From: Candidatus Altimarinota bacterium
Lineage (GTDB): Bacteria > Patescibacteriota > Gracilibacteria > UBA4473
Assembly: GCA_020630245.1 (NCBI GenBank)
Contig: JAHDBZ010000001.1
Span: 60,402-95,322 of the forward strand
DNA: 34,921 nt
Direction: 5' to 3'
In this document: positions 8,867 through 16,698 of the stretch, one piece after another
Position numbering within the stretch: the first letter of the stretch is position 1
Layout: the number at the start of each line of letters is the position of its first letter
Program-made: the position numbers and the translations under genes
The notes under the pieces: model-generated
The model's database searches: none
The model's input: the letters and a program-made list of their open reading frames with translations, nothing else
What the model was told of the DNA's origin: nothing

Positions 8867-8906
8867 GTATAAGCTCCGTGTCACGTATTTTAGTACTAAT
8901 TTTTCT

Positions 8907-9701
8907 ATGAACGCAGCGTTCCTGATTACATTCCGCGAAGGTCTTGAAGCCGCTCTTATTGTAGGGATTCTATTTGCCGCCATGCGTGCGTTAGGTGCGC
9001 AAAAGCAGAACTTTGTGGTTTGGGCTGGAGTTGTGATGGGTTTGCTGCTGAGCTTTTTATTTGCCTGGGCGTTTGCGACTTTTACCAGTGGGTTTGAGGG
9101 AACGAGTGAGAAACTTTACGAAGGCATCTTGATGTTAGTGGCCTGTGGGATTATTACCCATCTCATCTTTTGGATGCGAAAAGAAGGTAAAAATATTGCC
9201 AGACGTCTCAAAGAACAGGTGAAGACTCACGTCGACAAAGGTTCTCTTTGGATGATCGGAGCCCTGGCGACGATCGCGGTAGCACGAGAGGGGATTGAGA
9301 CTGTGATCTTTTTTCAGGCACTGTTTGTCCAATCAGGCGAACAAGTTTCGATAATGAGTGGATTGCTTGGCGTGGCTTCGGCGGTTTTGTTGGCTTGTGT
9401 GATCTTCTTCTCAACCCGCAAAGTACCAGTCGGTAAGCTCTTCGAATGGCTGTCATATTTCTTGATCTTGATTGCCGCTGGGTTGCTGGCGCACGGTATC
9501 GTTGAACTGCAAGCCGCTGGCTGGCTGCCAACCATCATCAAGCCACTCTATGATCTCTCAGCGATTCTTTCCGAAAAAGAAGGCCTGGGAGCCTTCCTCA
9601 AAGCAGGCTTTGGTTATGACGCCAATCCGTCGCTGATAGCGGTGGTTGGTTATGTGCTGTATCTGGGAATTGTAGGGCGAATGTATCTGAAAAAGAATTA
9701 A
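8907..9701 (+). CDS. FTR1/EfeU family high-affinity iron permease
   Basis: Contains two REGxE motifs (FREGLEAAL and AREGIETVI) in TM helices. The track start at TTG 8847 would include the operator and promoter, so ATG 8907 (MNAAFLITFREGLE) is preferred. Confidence 0.8.
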   Translation: MNAAFLITFREGLEAALIVGILFAAMRALGAQKQNFVVWAGVVMGLLLSFLFAWAFATFTSGFEGTSEKLYEGILMLVACGIITHLIFWMRKEGKNIARRLKEQVKTHVDKGSLWMIGALATIAVAREGIETVIFFQALFVQSGEQVSIMSGLLGVASAVLLACVIFFSTRKVPVGKLFEWLSYFLILIAAGLLAHGIVELQAAGWLPTIIKPLYDLSAILSEKEGLGAFLKAGFGYDANPSLIAVVGYVLYLGIVGRMYLKKN

Positions 9702-9727
9702 GAGCTTAGAATTAAGAACTTAGATTT
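9693..9727 (+). repeat. Heptamer array AAGAATT AAGAGCT TAGAATT AAGAACT TAGATTT spanning the FTR1 stop
   Basis: Read directly. The true stop TAA at 9699 and the TAGs at 9707 and 9721 occupy three different frames. Confidence 0.8.
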
Positions 9728-9772
9728 TTTAGGCTATAAGTAGTTGGGAGAGCAGACTAGTGCTCTTGCAAA

Positions 9773-11179
9773 TTATCTAACGCCTAAATCTTTCTTGAGC
9801 GCATGAATATGCCGAGCGGTAGCACTGTCAGTGCGGGCCAAGTCCTTAACTTTGCGGACTCCGTGCATGATCGTGGTGTGGTTTTTACCACCGAAGGCTT
9901 CGCCGATGCCTTCGAAACTCATTTTGAGGACATCTTTGCACAGTAGCCAGCTGATCTGACGCGGAAAGACGATCTCTTGTTTGCGAGAGGTACCGATGAG
10001 GTCGGTTGCTGGGATCTGAAAGTAATCAGAAATCAGCGTAATGATATCATCTGGGTTGCGAGCCAGGCTGCGGTGTTCACGACCGGTAATGAGGTCTTCG
10101 TTAGGCTGCAGCTGTCGGAATATTTTTCCGACACTCTGGATCGTAGGAGAGACTTGACTGAGCTCGAGCTCAGCGTGAATCATGTTGAGTACGTTTTCGA
10201 CTTCGCGTAGATTCTTTCGAACATTAGTGGCGATGAATTGTTGTACGTCTTCGGGAAGAATAAGGCCCAAAGCTTGAGCCTTGGCTCGGATGATAGCCAT
10301 CTTGGTTTCGTAGCTCGGCATGGTGACGTCTACCACTAGACCCCAACCGAAACGAGAACTAAGACGGTCAGCCATTTTTTCCAGCTGAGCCGGTGGACGG
10401 TCAGCGGAGAAGATCATTTGTTTGTTGAGATCTCTTAGATCGTTAAACGTATTAAAGACTTCGACCTGGGTTTTTTCTTTGCCGGCAAAAAATTGTACGT
10501 CGTCGATTAGTAGTACATCAACCCGGCGGTATTTTTTTCGAAGGGCTTCTGTCTTGCCCTCACGAATGGCTTTGATCGCTTCATTCGTAAATCGTTCAGC
10601 GGTGGTGTAGATGACAACCGCCTCAGGGTTTTGTTGACGGATTGCATTGGCCGTTCCTTGGAGGAGGTGTGTTTTCCCAAGTCCCACGCCGCCATAAAGA
10701 TAGAGAGGGTTGTAGGCTTTAGCTTCTTGACCGGCAGTTTGAGCGACCGCCAGACAAGCGGCGTGTGCCAGTCGATTTTTTTCTCCAACGATGAAGTTGT
10801 CGAGTGTGAACTTGTTTTGCACCAGTCGAGATTCAAGTCCCGAAGCGTGTTTTTCGGTTGGTTGTTTTGGAAGTTTTCGAGGCGCTTTTGGTTTTGCAAA
10901 AGCCGGAGCGATAACGGCTGGTTTGTCAGCCAGCGTTAGATCTACGTTGAAATAGATACGGTCAATCTCTGGTAGAGTTTTTTGTACGTTGTTGAGTAGA
11001 ATGGTCTGATATTTGTTTTCCAACCAGTTTTTATTCATCTCAGTTGGACAGCTAATGAGGACCGCTGATCCAGAGATTTCTTTGAGATGTACTTTTTTAA
11101 ACCAGGTATGAAATTCCATGCGTGAAATCTTCTGAGAAAGATTTTCTAGCACTTGGTTCCAGACTTGGGTTTTGTCCAT
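9773..11179 (-). CDS. dnaA: Chromosomal replication initiator protein DnaA
   Basis: AAA+ Walker A (GGVGLGKTHLL), Walker B (LLIDDVQF) and the C-terminal DNA-binding domain (NHTTIMHGVRKV). ATG at 11179 (MDKTQVWNQV) is preferred over the track's TTG at 11185. Confidence 0.95.
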   Translation of the reverse strand: MDKTQVWNQVLENLSQKISRMEFHTWFKKVHLKEISGSAVLISCPTEMNKNWLENKYQTILLNNVQKTLPEIDRIYFNVDLTLADKPAVIAPAFAKPKAPRKLPKQPTEKHASGLESRLVQNKFTLDNFIVGEKNRLAHAACLAVAQTAGQEAKAYNPLYLYGGVGLGKTHLLQGTANAIRQQNPEAVVIYTTAERFTNEAIKAIREGKTEALRKKYRRVDVLLIDDVQFFAGKEKTQVEVFNTFNDLRDLNKQMIFSADRPPAQLEKMADRLSSRFGWGLVVDVTMPSYETKMAIIRAKAQALGLILPEDVQQFIATNVRKNLREVENVLNMIHAELELSQVSPTIQSVGKIFRQLQPNEDLITGREHRSLARNPDDIITLISDYFQIPATDLIGTSRKQEIVFPRQISWLLCKDVLKMSFEGIGEAFGGKNHTTIMHGVRKVKDLARTDSATARHIHALKKDLGVR

Positions 11180-11229
11180 GATCAATAAATATTTTGAGGG
11201 GGTTTTTTGTTTTTTGTCACATTGAGAAA

Positions 11230-12519
11230 TTAATCTCTGAAGATGAGATCTTGTCGATCCATGCCGACGCCGATGGCGCGGATTGGACAGCGGATGAGTT
11301 TTTCTAATGTGGTAACATAACTTCTAGCATTTTCAGGGAGATCGGTAAAGTCTTTTATGCCACTTAGGTCTTCTTCCCAGCCTGGAAGCGTGATGTATTC
11401 AACTTCGAGTTTTTGATTGGCCTTGCGTGTAGTTGGAACGGTGCGAATTTCTTGGCCATCGAGCAGATACTTGGTAGCGACTTTGAGCTCTGGAATCCCA
11501 GAGAGTACATCAAGTTTTGTGAGATTAATACAATCAAGTCCGTTGAACTCAACAGAGTTGCGCACTACTACGGCGTCAAACCAACCACAGCGACGTGGTC
11601 GTCCGGTTACCGCTCCAAATTCACCGCCAGCCGCTCGCAAGTCTTCTCCAAGTTGATCGTTGAGTTCTGTTGGGAATGGTCCAGAGCCGACCCGAGTAGT
11701 GTAGGCTTTTGCAATTCCTATTAAGCCTGTGATTTTTCGGGCAGGAAAACCGAGTCCGGTCGCAATGCCTCCCGACGAAACGTTGCTCGAAGTTACGAAT
11801 GGATAGGTGCCGTGGTCAATATCAAGATGATGCGCTTGAGCGCCTTCAAAGAGGATTCGTTTTCCGTCGCGGAGTGCTTCTTGGAGTAGTATACGAGTGT
11901 CAGTCAGAAGTGGTTTGATCTCATCGCGTACTGACATGATTTTTTGAAATTCTTCTTCTGCGTCGACATTAAGTCCGAGTGTCTCGTTGTGAAATTTTAC
12001 ATTCGCAAAGACTTTTTCTTTGAGGAGTTCTTTGTCGAGTAAATCTTCGCATCGGATTCCGCGGCGAGAAATTTTATCATTATAAGTCGGTCCGATGCCG
12101 CGACAGGTAGTGCCAATCTTTTTGTCACCTTTGCGTCTTTCGAGCTCGGCATCAATTGTCTTATGGTATTCAAATACTAAATGGGCGTGTAGCGATATCT
12201 TGACTCGCGGTCGAATGTTTTCGATGCCTGTTTCTTCGAGACTTTTGATTTCAAAGATGAGGTCAATTGGGTCGACGACGGTTCCATTTCCGATAACGCC
12301 AATGGTATCTGGATGTAATAATCCAGAGGGGAAGAGACGGAATACATATTTTTTGCCCTCATTGTAGATAGTGTGTCCCGCATTCGCGCCACCAGTGCTG
12401 CGGCAGATATAGTCAAAGTGTGCAGACATAGCGTCTACGAGTTTTCCTTTTCCTTCATCTCCCCATTGTGTACCAATTACGCCCACATTTAAACCGAGAG
12501 GTTGAAGGAAGTTTTGCAT
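11230..12519 (-). CDS. purA: Adenylosuccinate synthetase
   Basis: 429 aa with the P-loop GTQWGDEGKGKLVD, plus GGANAGHT and TTCRGIGPTY motifs. Confidence 0.95.
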   Translation of the reverse strand: MQNFLQPLGLNVGVIGTQWGDEGKGKLVDAMSAHFDYICRSTGGANAGHTIYNEGKKYVFRLFPSGLLHPDTIGVIGNGTVVDPIDLIFEIKSLEETGIENIRPRVKISLHAHLVFEYHKTIDAELERRKGDKKIGTTCRGIGPTYNDKISRRGIRCEDLLDKELLKEKVFANVKFHNETLGLNVDAEEEFQKIMSVRDEIKPLLTDTRILLQEALRDGKRILFEGAQAHHLDIDHGTYPFVTSSNVSSGGIATGLGFPARKITGLIGIAKAYTTRVGSGPFPTELNDQLGEDLRAAGGEFGAVTGRPRRCGWFDAVVVRNSVEFNGLDCINLTKLDVLSGIPELKVATKYLLDGQEIRTVPTTRKANQKLEVEYITLPGWEEDLSGIKDFTDLPENARSYVTTLEKLIRCPIRAIGVGMDRQDLIFRD

Positions 12520-12569
12520 GTTTATTGAGTTGTGATTCGGATTAAATTGAGGGATCGAACCGCCGGGGG

Positions 12570-12598
12570 AACCTACTAAAATCTGCGAGGCTCGTCAA
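12570..12598 (-). promoter_or_regulatory. Candidate purA promoter (TTGACG-17-TAGGTT on the minus strand)
   Basis: On the minus strand, TTGACG lies at 12598-12593 and TAGGTT at 12575-12570. This is the same -35 hexamer as at rpsO, rpmE, rpsT and ssrA. Confidence 0.45.
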
Positions 12599-12762
12599 AG
12601 CAAAAACCTTAATTTCGCTCTGGGATTGGCTCGTTTTTTGGGAAATATATAAAAAAAATATGTACACACAAAGACTATTGGAAAAAGAATAAAAAAATTG
12701 CACAAGTATAAAAAAATTAACTAGACTCTCCTTGATCACATTTTGTGAACTCGCACAAAAAA

Positions 12763-14145
12763 ATGAAACTACAAAACTCTTTGGCTTTGGGATTTGGATT
12801 GATGCTTGCCGTGTCAGCGCATTCTTATGCAGCTTCGACGGTTGCCAATCCTATTAATGAAGATCTATTCTTCTCTAATGGTGTACAGATCGAAGATGTC
12901 ACCGAAACGGCGCAGGGGGTGGCTTCGGTCACACTGCAGGGTTCGGGTAGTCTGACGGTTGGAAGTCAGGCCAGTGGAGGATTTCCGCGAGTGGCCGTTT
13001 CAGCTGGTACAACTATTACTAGTAACCGCTATTGGCCCGCAGAAACAGTGCCAAAAACTAGCTGGGACGGACAGTTTACAGCGCCTGGTTCAGGTCGACT
13101 GCCATCTAGTGACGAAATTACTTTCCAATACGCTGCAAATCTCGGCAATAACTATCAAGCGGTTGGAGCCTTTGTATGGGGGTTGAGTAACGAAGTTTTC
13201 TCTTTTAGTGTCCCGGCTCGATTTATGTTGCCGGTTGATGAAGCTGATGGGCAACGACTTTGGGTGGCGCCAGCTTCTGGGTCTGGTTGGGCGGTCACCG
13301 ACGCTAATAACTATTGTGTCGTCGAATCAGGTCTTTGTTATCTCGAGTTAACATCGTTTGGAGGATTAGCTTTAGTTAAACAAACCTACGCTGATTGTCC
13401 GAAATCAACGGTTAATAATGGTACCGTCGGTTCGGCACCAAATTGTATAGTGACCTGTAATAGTGGATACTATATTGATAACGAAGGAAATGAATGTCTT
13501 TCAGATAACTTCGACAGCTCGGCGCCAGTTGGTGGTGGAGATGTTTCAGATGGAGATGAAAGCGTAGAGTCACAGTGGACAGAAGAAGATCTAAAAGCTT
13601 TTGATGATTTCTCTGAACCAGAGCAAGAGACTATTTATGATTTTGCCTCAGAATATGGTTATGATCCATTGGAGCTGATTCGGGCAACACCAGGGGGCGT
13701 GAGAGAGCGTGGGTCAGCAGCTTCGATTCGTTACTACCTGGAAGAATACACAGATATGACTGATGAAGAGCTGGCTAAAGTACGACACATCAATACTGGA
13801 TACATGGCTCGAAATCCGCGTTCTGCTGAAGAACAAATTGCGGCTTACAGTCGAGATAAGGACCCGGCTGAGAAACGAGCTGAAGATGATAGTTTTGCCA
13901 GCTACTTACTCGCTATGCGAAATCGCTTCGCAAGCCAGCAAGGTGGCGAAGCTGTGGTGGCTGGTCAGACTGATGCAGTTGCTCAAGGTGCTCTCGCTGA
14001 CGCAGAAGGTGCCGCCTCGGGAGCCGCTTCAGATCAGTTCCATTCAGCAGGGGGGTTGCTCCCAAGTACGGGACCAGGATTATTCATTGCTATCGCTATT
14101 ATTGGCTTCATGCTCATGCTGTTCGGCGGCATACGTCGGAATTAA
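12763..14145 (+). CDS. LPXTG-anchored cell-surface protein (sortase substrate)
   Basis: Signal peptide MKLQNSLALGFGLMLAVSAHSYA. The C-terminus is LPSTG followed by a hydrophobic stretch (PGLFIAIAIIGFMLMLFGG) and a basic tail (IRRN). An acidic, low-complexity linker lies in the middle. GTG 12745 is an alternative start. Confidence 0.8.
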   Translation: MKLQNSLALGFGLMLAVSAHSYAASTVANPINEDLFFSNGVQIEDVTETAQGVASVTLQGSGSLTVGSQASGGFPRVAVSAGTTITSNRYWPAETVPKTSWDGQFTAPGSGRLPSSDEITFQYAANLGNNYQAVGAFVWGLSNEVFSFSVPARFMLPVDEADGQRLWVAPASGSGWAVTDANNYCVVESGLCYLELTSFGGLALVKQTYADCPKSTVNNGTVGSAPNCIVTCNSGYYIDNEGNECLSDNFDSSAPVGGGDVSDGDESVESQWTEEDLKAFDDFSEPEQETIYDFASEYGYDPLELIRATPGGVRERGSAASIRYYLEEYTDMTDEELAKVRHINTGYMARNPRSAEEQIAAYSRDKDPAEKRAEDDSFASYLLAMRNRFASQQGGEAVVAGQTDAVAQGALADAEGAASGAASDQFHSAGGLLPSTGPGLFIAIAIIGFMLMLFGGIRRN

Positions 14146-14188
14146 CAACGCTACACTAAGTTTCTGGATATTTTGTGGGTCCAAGAAG

Positions 14189-14210
14189 CCCTGCCTCGGC
14201 AGGGTTTTTT
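14189..14210 (+). terminator. Intrinsic terminator after the LPXTG gene
   Basis: CCCTGC (14189-14194), loop CTCG, GCAGGG (14199-14204), then TTTTTT. Confidence 0.75.
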
Positions 14211-14238
14211 GGTAACTTGAAAATGCCGGATAATTGCC

Positions 14239-14266
14239 TTGACGATGACCCCTAAAAACCTATATT
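14239..14266 (+). promoter_or_regulatory. Promoter of rpmE (TTGACG-16-TATATT)
   Basis: TTGACG at 14239-14244 and TATATT at 14261-14266. Confidence 0.6.
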
Positions 14267-14315
14267 CCATCGGCTTTGCTGGTACTTGGCCACAAAGATG
14301 TAATCCATACTAAAC

Positions 14316-14576
14316 ATGCAAACTGGTATCCATCCTACTCTTCATCCTGTGATCTTTCGGGATGCAAACGCAAAAAAAGATTTTGTTATTTACTCGACGA
14401 TGACTTCTGAAGAAACAGAAGAAATCGGCGGTGTAAAGCACTACGTAGTGCGGGTTGATGTCTCATCAGCCTCACATCCTTTCTATACAGGAAAACAAAA
14501 CCTCGTCGATACTTCAGGGCGAGTTGATAAATTCCGTGCTAAGATGGAACGTGCGAAAGCCGCGCAAGCTAAATAA
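14316..14576 (+). CDS. rpmE: 50S ribosomal protein L31, type B (no zinc-binding cysteines)
   Basis: MQTGIHP...[23 protein letters not shown] is canonical L31. The CxxC motifs of type A are absent. Confidence 0.9.
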   Translation: MQTGIHPTLHPVIFRDANAKKDFVIYSTMTSEETEEIGGVKHYVVRVDVSSASHPFYTGKQNLVDTSGRVDKFRAKMERAKAAQAK

Positions 14577-14584
14577 TTATTACC

Positions 14585-15748
14585 ATGGCCGAAGAAAAGA
14601 AAAAAACCACTCGAAGCACTGCTAGTACCGCTAAGAAAGTAACCAAAAAAGTTACGAAAAAAGCCACTACTAAGGCAAAGTCTACGACTAAAAAAGTAGC
14701 TTCAACCGCGAAATCAACGACGAAAAAAGCCACTACAAAAGCCAAGTCAACGGCTAAGAAGGCAACTTCAACGGCGAAAAAGCCAGTAAAGGTCGCTAAA
14801 TCAGTGATTCGACCTGGAAAGGTTGTCACGATGACTGACTGGAAAAAGACTGCTACAGGGGCTTTTGGAGCCTGGAAAAGTGTTGGTTGGCGGATTTTTG
14901 TACTGTTCTTGTCGTTCTTTGCGGCTATGATGCCTATTTTAGCCCTGATTGGAGGAGGTTACACGCTCTTGGCCGGAGGTTTTCAAGGGCTCGAAAATCA
15001 ATTTGTGAATCTGCAGTTTGGTAATCCAGACCTTGCGTTCCTTTGGGGGGCGGGGCTTGGGTTTATTTTGTTACTTACCGCGATTTTTGTACTTTCATTT
15101 CTCGTCAATATCGCCACCTGGTTAACCCTTAAAAATTACGCACACGGGAAACCCAACAATCCACTCATAGTTTTCTTTCGTGATAGTTGGGCTTATCTAG
15201 GTCGCTATACGTGGCTCTCGGTGAAAATTTTCCTTTACCTTTTAGTCCCAATCCTAGGGCTCGTGCTTTTCGGTGCTTTGATGAGTACTCTCTTTGGAGC
15301 CGCGGCTAATTTTATAGGAGATCCTACGATGTCTATGGCATTGATGGTAGCGCTCGGTATTTTATCAGTGATTGTTCTGTTTTTCTTACTGCGGATGCTC
15401 TTCCGTCGATGGACCGAAGCTATTATGATGCCAATTGTACTGATGGAATCAGACGATTCCGTAACGAACGTCTGGTCAAAATCACTCAGCCTGGCGCAAA
15501 AAAATTGGGGAGCGATCCTTGGAGCCATCCTACTCTTTGCCTTTCCTTTTTGGATCGTACAGGTGATCTCCGATCCAGAGCTGATGCAGTTGTACGCACC
15601 AGAAGCTTTTCTAAATAATGATTGGCTCTTTGGTGGCGCTATTGCCTTCAACGTGCTTTTCTCTCTCCTGATTATGACGCCGATTACGACGGCTTTCCTG
15701 TACGGAATTACTCGACACCTTGGTAACGTCAAAAACATTAAACTCTAA
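14585..15748 (+). CDS. Polytopic membrane protein with a histone-H1-like Lys/Thr/Ala-rich N-terminal tail
   Basis: Residues ~5-70 are degenerate KKxT/AK repeats (KKVTKKVTKKATTKAKSTTKKVASTAKSTTKKATTKAKSTAKKATSTAKKPVKVAK). Roughly 6-7 hydrophobic helices follow. No family was recognised with confidence. Confidence 0.6.
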   Translation: MAEEKKKTTRSTASTAKKVTKKVTKKATTKAKSTTKKVASTAKSTTKKATTKAKSTAKKATSTAKKPVKVAKSVIRPGKVVTMTDWKKTATGAFGAWKSVGWRIFVLFLSFFAAMMPILALIGGGYTLLAGGFQGLENQFVNLQFGNPDLAFLWGAGLGFILLLTAIFVLSFLVNIATWLTLKNYAHGKPNNPLIVFFRDSWAYLGRYTWLSVKIFLYLLVPILGLVLFGALMSTLFGAAANFIGDPTMSMALMVALGILSVIVLFFLLRMLFRRWTEAIMMPIVLMESDDSVTNVWSKSLSLAQKNWGAILGAILLFAFPFWIVQVISDPELMQLYAPEAFLNNDWLFGGAIAFNVLFSLLIMTPITTAFLYGITRHLGNVKNIKL

Positions 15749-15760
15749 ACCTTTTATCTC

Positions 15761-16006
15761 ATGTCTAAGAAACCAGTACCCAAGAAACAACAGGCTAAAT
15801 CGCAAAGTCGTTCACGACACAGCAAATATGTAGCCGAACAACGAAAACGTCTTTCACAAGGTGTGCAACTTACGGAATGTACTCACTGTGGAGCCAAGCG
15901 ACGTGTACACTATGCTTGTGAAGCCTGTGGTTACTACCGTGGTCGACAAGTCCTTAATGTAGACAGCTCGACTGGTAGCGGTAAAGTTACCGAGATTTCA
16001 GCCTAA
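15761..16006 (+). CDS. rpmF: 50S ribosomal protein L32 (zinc-ribbon type, extended C-terminus)
   Basis: N-terminus KKPVPKKQQAKSQSRSRHSKY and a CTHCG...CEACG zinc ribbon. Confidence 0.9.
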   Translation: MSKKPVPKKQQAKSQSRSRHSKYVAEQRKRLSQGVQLTECTHCGAKRRVHYACEACGYYRGRQVLNVDSSTGSGKVTEISA

Positions 16007-16021
16007 ACGAAGCGAGAAGTA

Positions 16022-16083
16022 AGTGAGACTTGTCGAGTCTACGAGACATCAGTCGAACTTATCCTGAGCCTGCGAAGGATCTT
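16022..16083 (+). repeat. Intergenic repeat family, copy A (short 62-nt variant)
   Basis: Shares the boxes AGTGAGACT, AGTCGAACTTATCCTGAGC and CGAAGGATCTT with copies at 33527-33608 (+) and 27813-27894 (-). Lies between rpmF and nusB in sense orientation. Confidence 0.85.
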
Positions 16084-16145
16084 ATGTCATAAGTAAGCAG
16101 TGAGAAGTGCTTTAAACCGAAGGCTTCATATTTCATACTTCCACT

Positions 16146-16580
16146 ATGAGTGAAAAACAACAACAGCGTCGAGAAGCCCGAGGTTTGGCAATCCAAACGC
16201 TGTTTGCCTATCTGGAGCGTGATGAGAAAATTCCTCTCGTTGAAACCTTTGAAATGGTTTCAGAAGGCTCAGAAGACCTATTTGTAACCGGTTTTGCTTG
16301 GCAGATTGTTCAGACAGCAGTCGAGCATCTCAAAAAAATTAGAGTTATTATTCGCGCCTTTGCGCCAGAGTTCGCCTTTGAAAAAATTGCTCCGATCAAT
16401 CGTTCCCTATTGATATTGGGAATTACAGAAATGAAATTCATGGATACGCCCCCAGTGGTAGTCATTAATGAATACATTGAATTGGCCAAAGACTATGGAG
16501 AGGACAAGTCTCCGAGTTTTGTGAACGGAGTTTTGGATAATTATCGTAAGAGTTTGGGATTAGAAAGAAGTAAAAAGTAA
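16146..16580 (+). CDS. nusB: Transcription antitermination factor NusB
   Basis: 144 aa with AREAAIQ-like RREARGLAIQTLF at the N-terminus and VVINEYIELAKDYGEDKSPSFVNGVLD at the C-terminus. Confidence 0.88.
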   Translation: MSEKQQQRREARGLAIQTLFAYLERDEKIPLVETFEMVSEGSEDLFVTGFAWQIVQTAVEHLKKIRVIIRAFAPEFAFEKIAPINRSLLILGITEMKFMDTPPVVVINEYIELAKDYGEDKSPSFVNGVLDNYRKSLGLERSKK

Positions 16581-16698
16581 GAAGGTAGAAGTAAGAAGTA
16601 ATGAGTTATTGCTGAGAAGAATCTTCTCATCTTCTCATCTTCAATCTACACTACTTTTCACTTCACATTTCCTACTGCATATTTCATACTTACCCCAC
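16566..16698 (+). repeat. Inverted heptamer arrays forming a long imperfect hairpin upstream of rnc
   Basis: The left arm is six AGAAGTA-like heptamers (16566-16607). The centre is GAGAAG-aat-CTTCTC (16614-16628). The right arm is (N)NNACTT/CTTC heptamers up to the rnc ATG. I hand-paired about 32 bp in 7 segments between 16567 and 16664. Confidence 0.75.

Noticed and set aside
12545-12575. tRNA-like GGTTCGATCC motif on the minus strand upstream of purA
   Set aside because: The flanks do not form a T-stem (GGCGG versus CCTCA pairs at only 3 of 5 positions), and no acceptor, D or anticodon arms can be drawn. The motif falls just downstream of a TTGACG-17-TAGGTT promoter, so it is most simply the start of the purA 5' UTR. 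I also compared it by eye with purine, ZTP and ykkC-type riboswitch cores and saw no convincing match.
14569-14829. 86-aa minus-strand ORF, plus similar antisense or off-frame track ORFs (for example 130-570, 6494-6835, 7767-8213, 10507-10899, 15235-15738, 25395-25715, 25827-26210)
   Set aside because: All are embedded in longer ORFs with clear homology on the other strand or in another frame. The ORF at 14569-14829 is just the complement of the Lys-codon repeats (an F/V/A-rich artefact).
16609-16698. N-terminal extensions implied by the longest-ORF starts (rnc 16609, FTR1 8847, lspA 18436, SufD-like 32422, the small ORF at 27105)
   Set aside because: The extensions begin at TTG or read through repeat arrays, promoters, operators or upstream genes. 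Internal ATGs give N-termini that match the protein families.
16566-16698. CRISPR array as an explanation for the short repeats
   Set aside because: The units are 7-8 nt and directly tandem with no spacers, and no cas genes are present. They are microsatellite-like arrays, not CRISPRs.
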